A DNA stretch of 42,975 nt, from contig JBEEGD010000001.1 in NCBI GenBank assembly GCA_041166685.1, forward strand, positions 1-42,975, in the 5' to 3' direction. This stretch comes from Acidimicrobiaceae bacterium (GTDB taxonomy: Bacteria > Actinomycetota > Acidimicrobiia > Acidimicrobiales > JACDCH01). The position numbers and the translations under genes were made by a program. The notes beneath the pieces are model-generated. The model was not told the DNA's origin, did not search any database, and saw only the letters and a list, made by a program, of their open reading frames with translations. Shown here in pieces: positions 42,733 through 42,975 of the stretch; position 1 is the first letter of the stretch, and the number at the start of each line of letters is the position of its first letter.

Positions 42733-42975
42733 ATGGAGCTCCCGTACCGCCGGAGCGTCGGGCCGGTGGTCGGAGCGTTCTTGACCGGGCTGCGCGACCA
42801 CAAGATCGTCGCCAGCCGGACCGCCTCGGGGCGGGTGCTCTGCCCGCCGCTCGAGTACGACCCGGAGACCGGCGCCGCCGTCGACAACATCGTCGAGCTC
42901 GGCGACACCGGCACCGTGCGGAGCTGGGCGTGGGTGGCCGAGCCGTTGCGCAAGCACCCGCTCGACCGACCCTTC
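42733..42975 (+). CDS. DUF35-type OB-fold/Zn-ribbon protein, N-terminal fragment (3' end lies outside the window)
   Basis: This ORF is not in the supplied track because it has no stop. The frame stays open from ATG 42733 to the window end: MELPYRRSVGPVVGAFLTGLRDHKIVASRTASGRVLCPPLEYDPETG...GTVRSWAWV. In-frame alternative starts exist at 42697 (GTG) and 42679 (ATG). Confidence 0.6.
   Translation, partial: MELPYRRSVGPVVGAFLTGLRDHKIVASRTASGRVLCPPLEYDPETGAAVDNIVELGDTGTVRSWAWVAEPLRKHPLDRPF

Overview
The window is high-GC, almost gap-free coding DNA that looks like an actinobacterial chromosome. Supporting signs are F420-type LLM genes, a DUF222-HNH (REP13E12-like) gene, KstR-type operator boxes, and many ATGA/GTGA/TGATG stop-start overlaps. 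I call 39 protein-coding genes (2 cut by the window edges), 1 clear hairpin terminator, 5 candidate operator sites and 2 copies of a palindromic repeat. I saw no rRNA, tRNA, CRISPR array or transposase. All product calls rest on motifs I recognise in the translated ORFs; no database search was possible. Many starts were re-picked inside the supplied maximal ORFs using stop/start overlaps and Shine-Dalgarno (SD) sequences. Left to right the window holds: (1) a small secreted-nuclease/YdjC/lipoprotein operon; (2) a 7TM-GGDEF-EAL-receiver protein and an orphan PGM1-like ATP-grasp ligase; (3) Liv/HAAT-type ABC locus 1; (4) P450 and hydrolase genes; (5) a GntR-controlled, translationally coupled 8-gene oxidative/hydrolytic operon; (6) a DUF222-HNH gene; (7) a LipJ-like hydrolase-cyclase; (8) Liv/HAAT-type ABC locus 2; (9) a FadD19-like/NMO/DUF35 module. 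The best candidate for an undescribed system is the pair of paralogous Liv-type ABC loci with non-canonical architecture. In locus 1 the whole transporter core is built from two giant fusion proteins, MFS-LivF and LivH-LivM-LivG. In both loci an extracytoplasmic beta-propeller gene is translationally coupled to the LivG module. Locus 2 carries two extra envelope proteins and sits behind KstR-like (TnnAACnnGTTnnA) boxes that also precede steroid/lipid-type catabolic genes. That suggests a hydrophobic-substrate uptake and processing machine rather than an amino-acid importer. A sequence-conserved palindromic element of 42-48 bp brackets the NMO gene.
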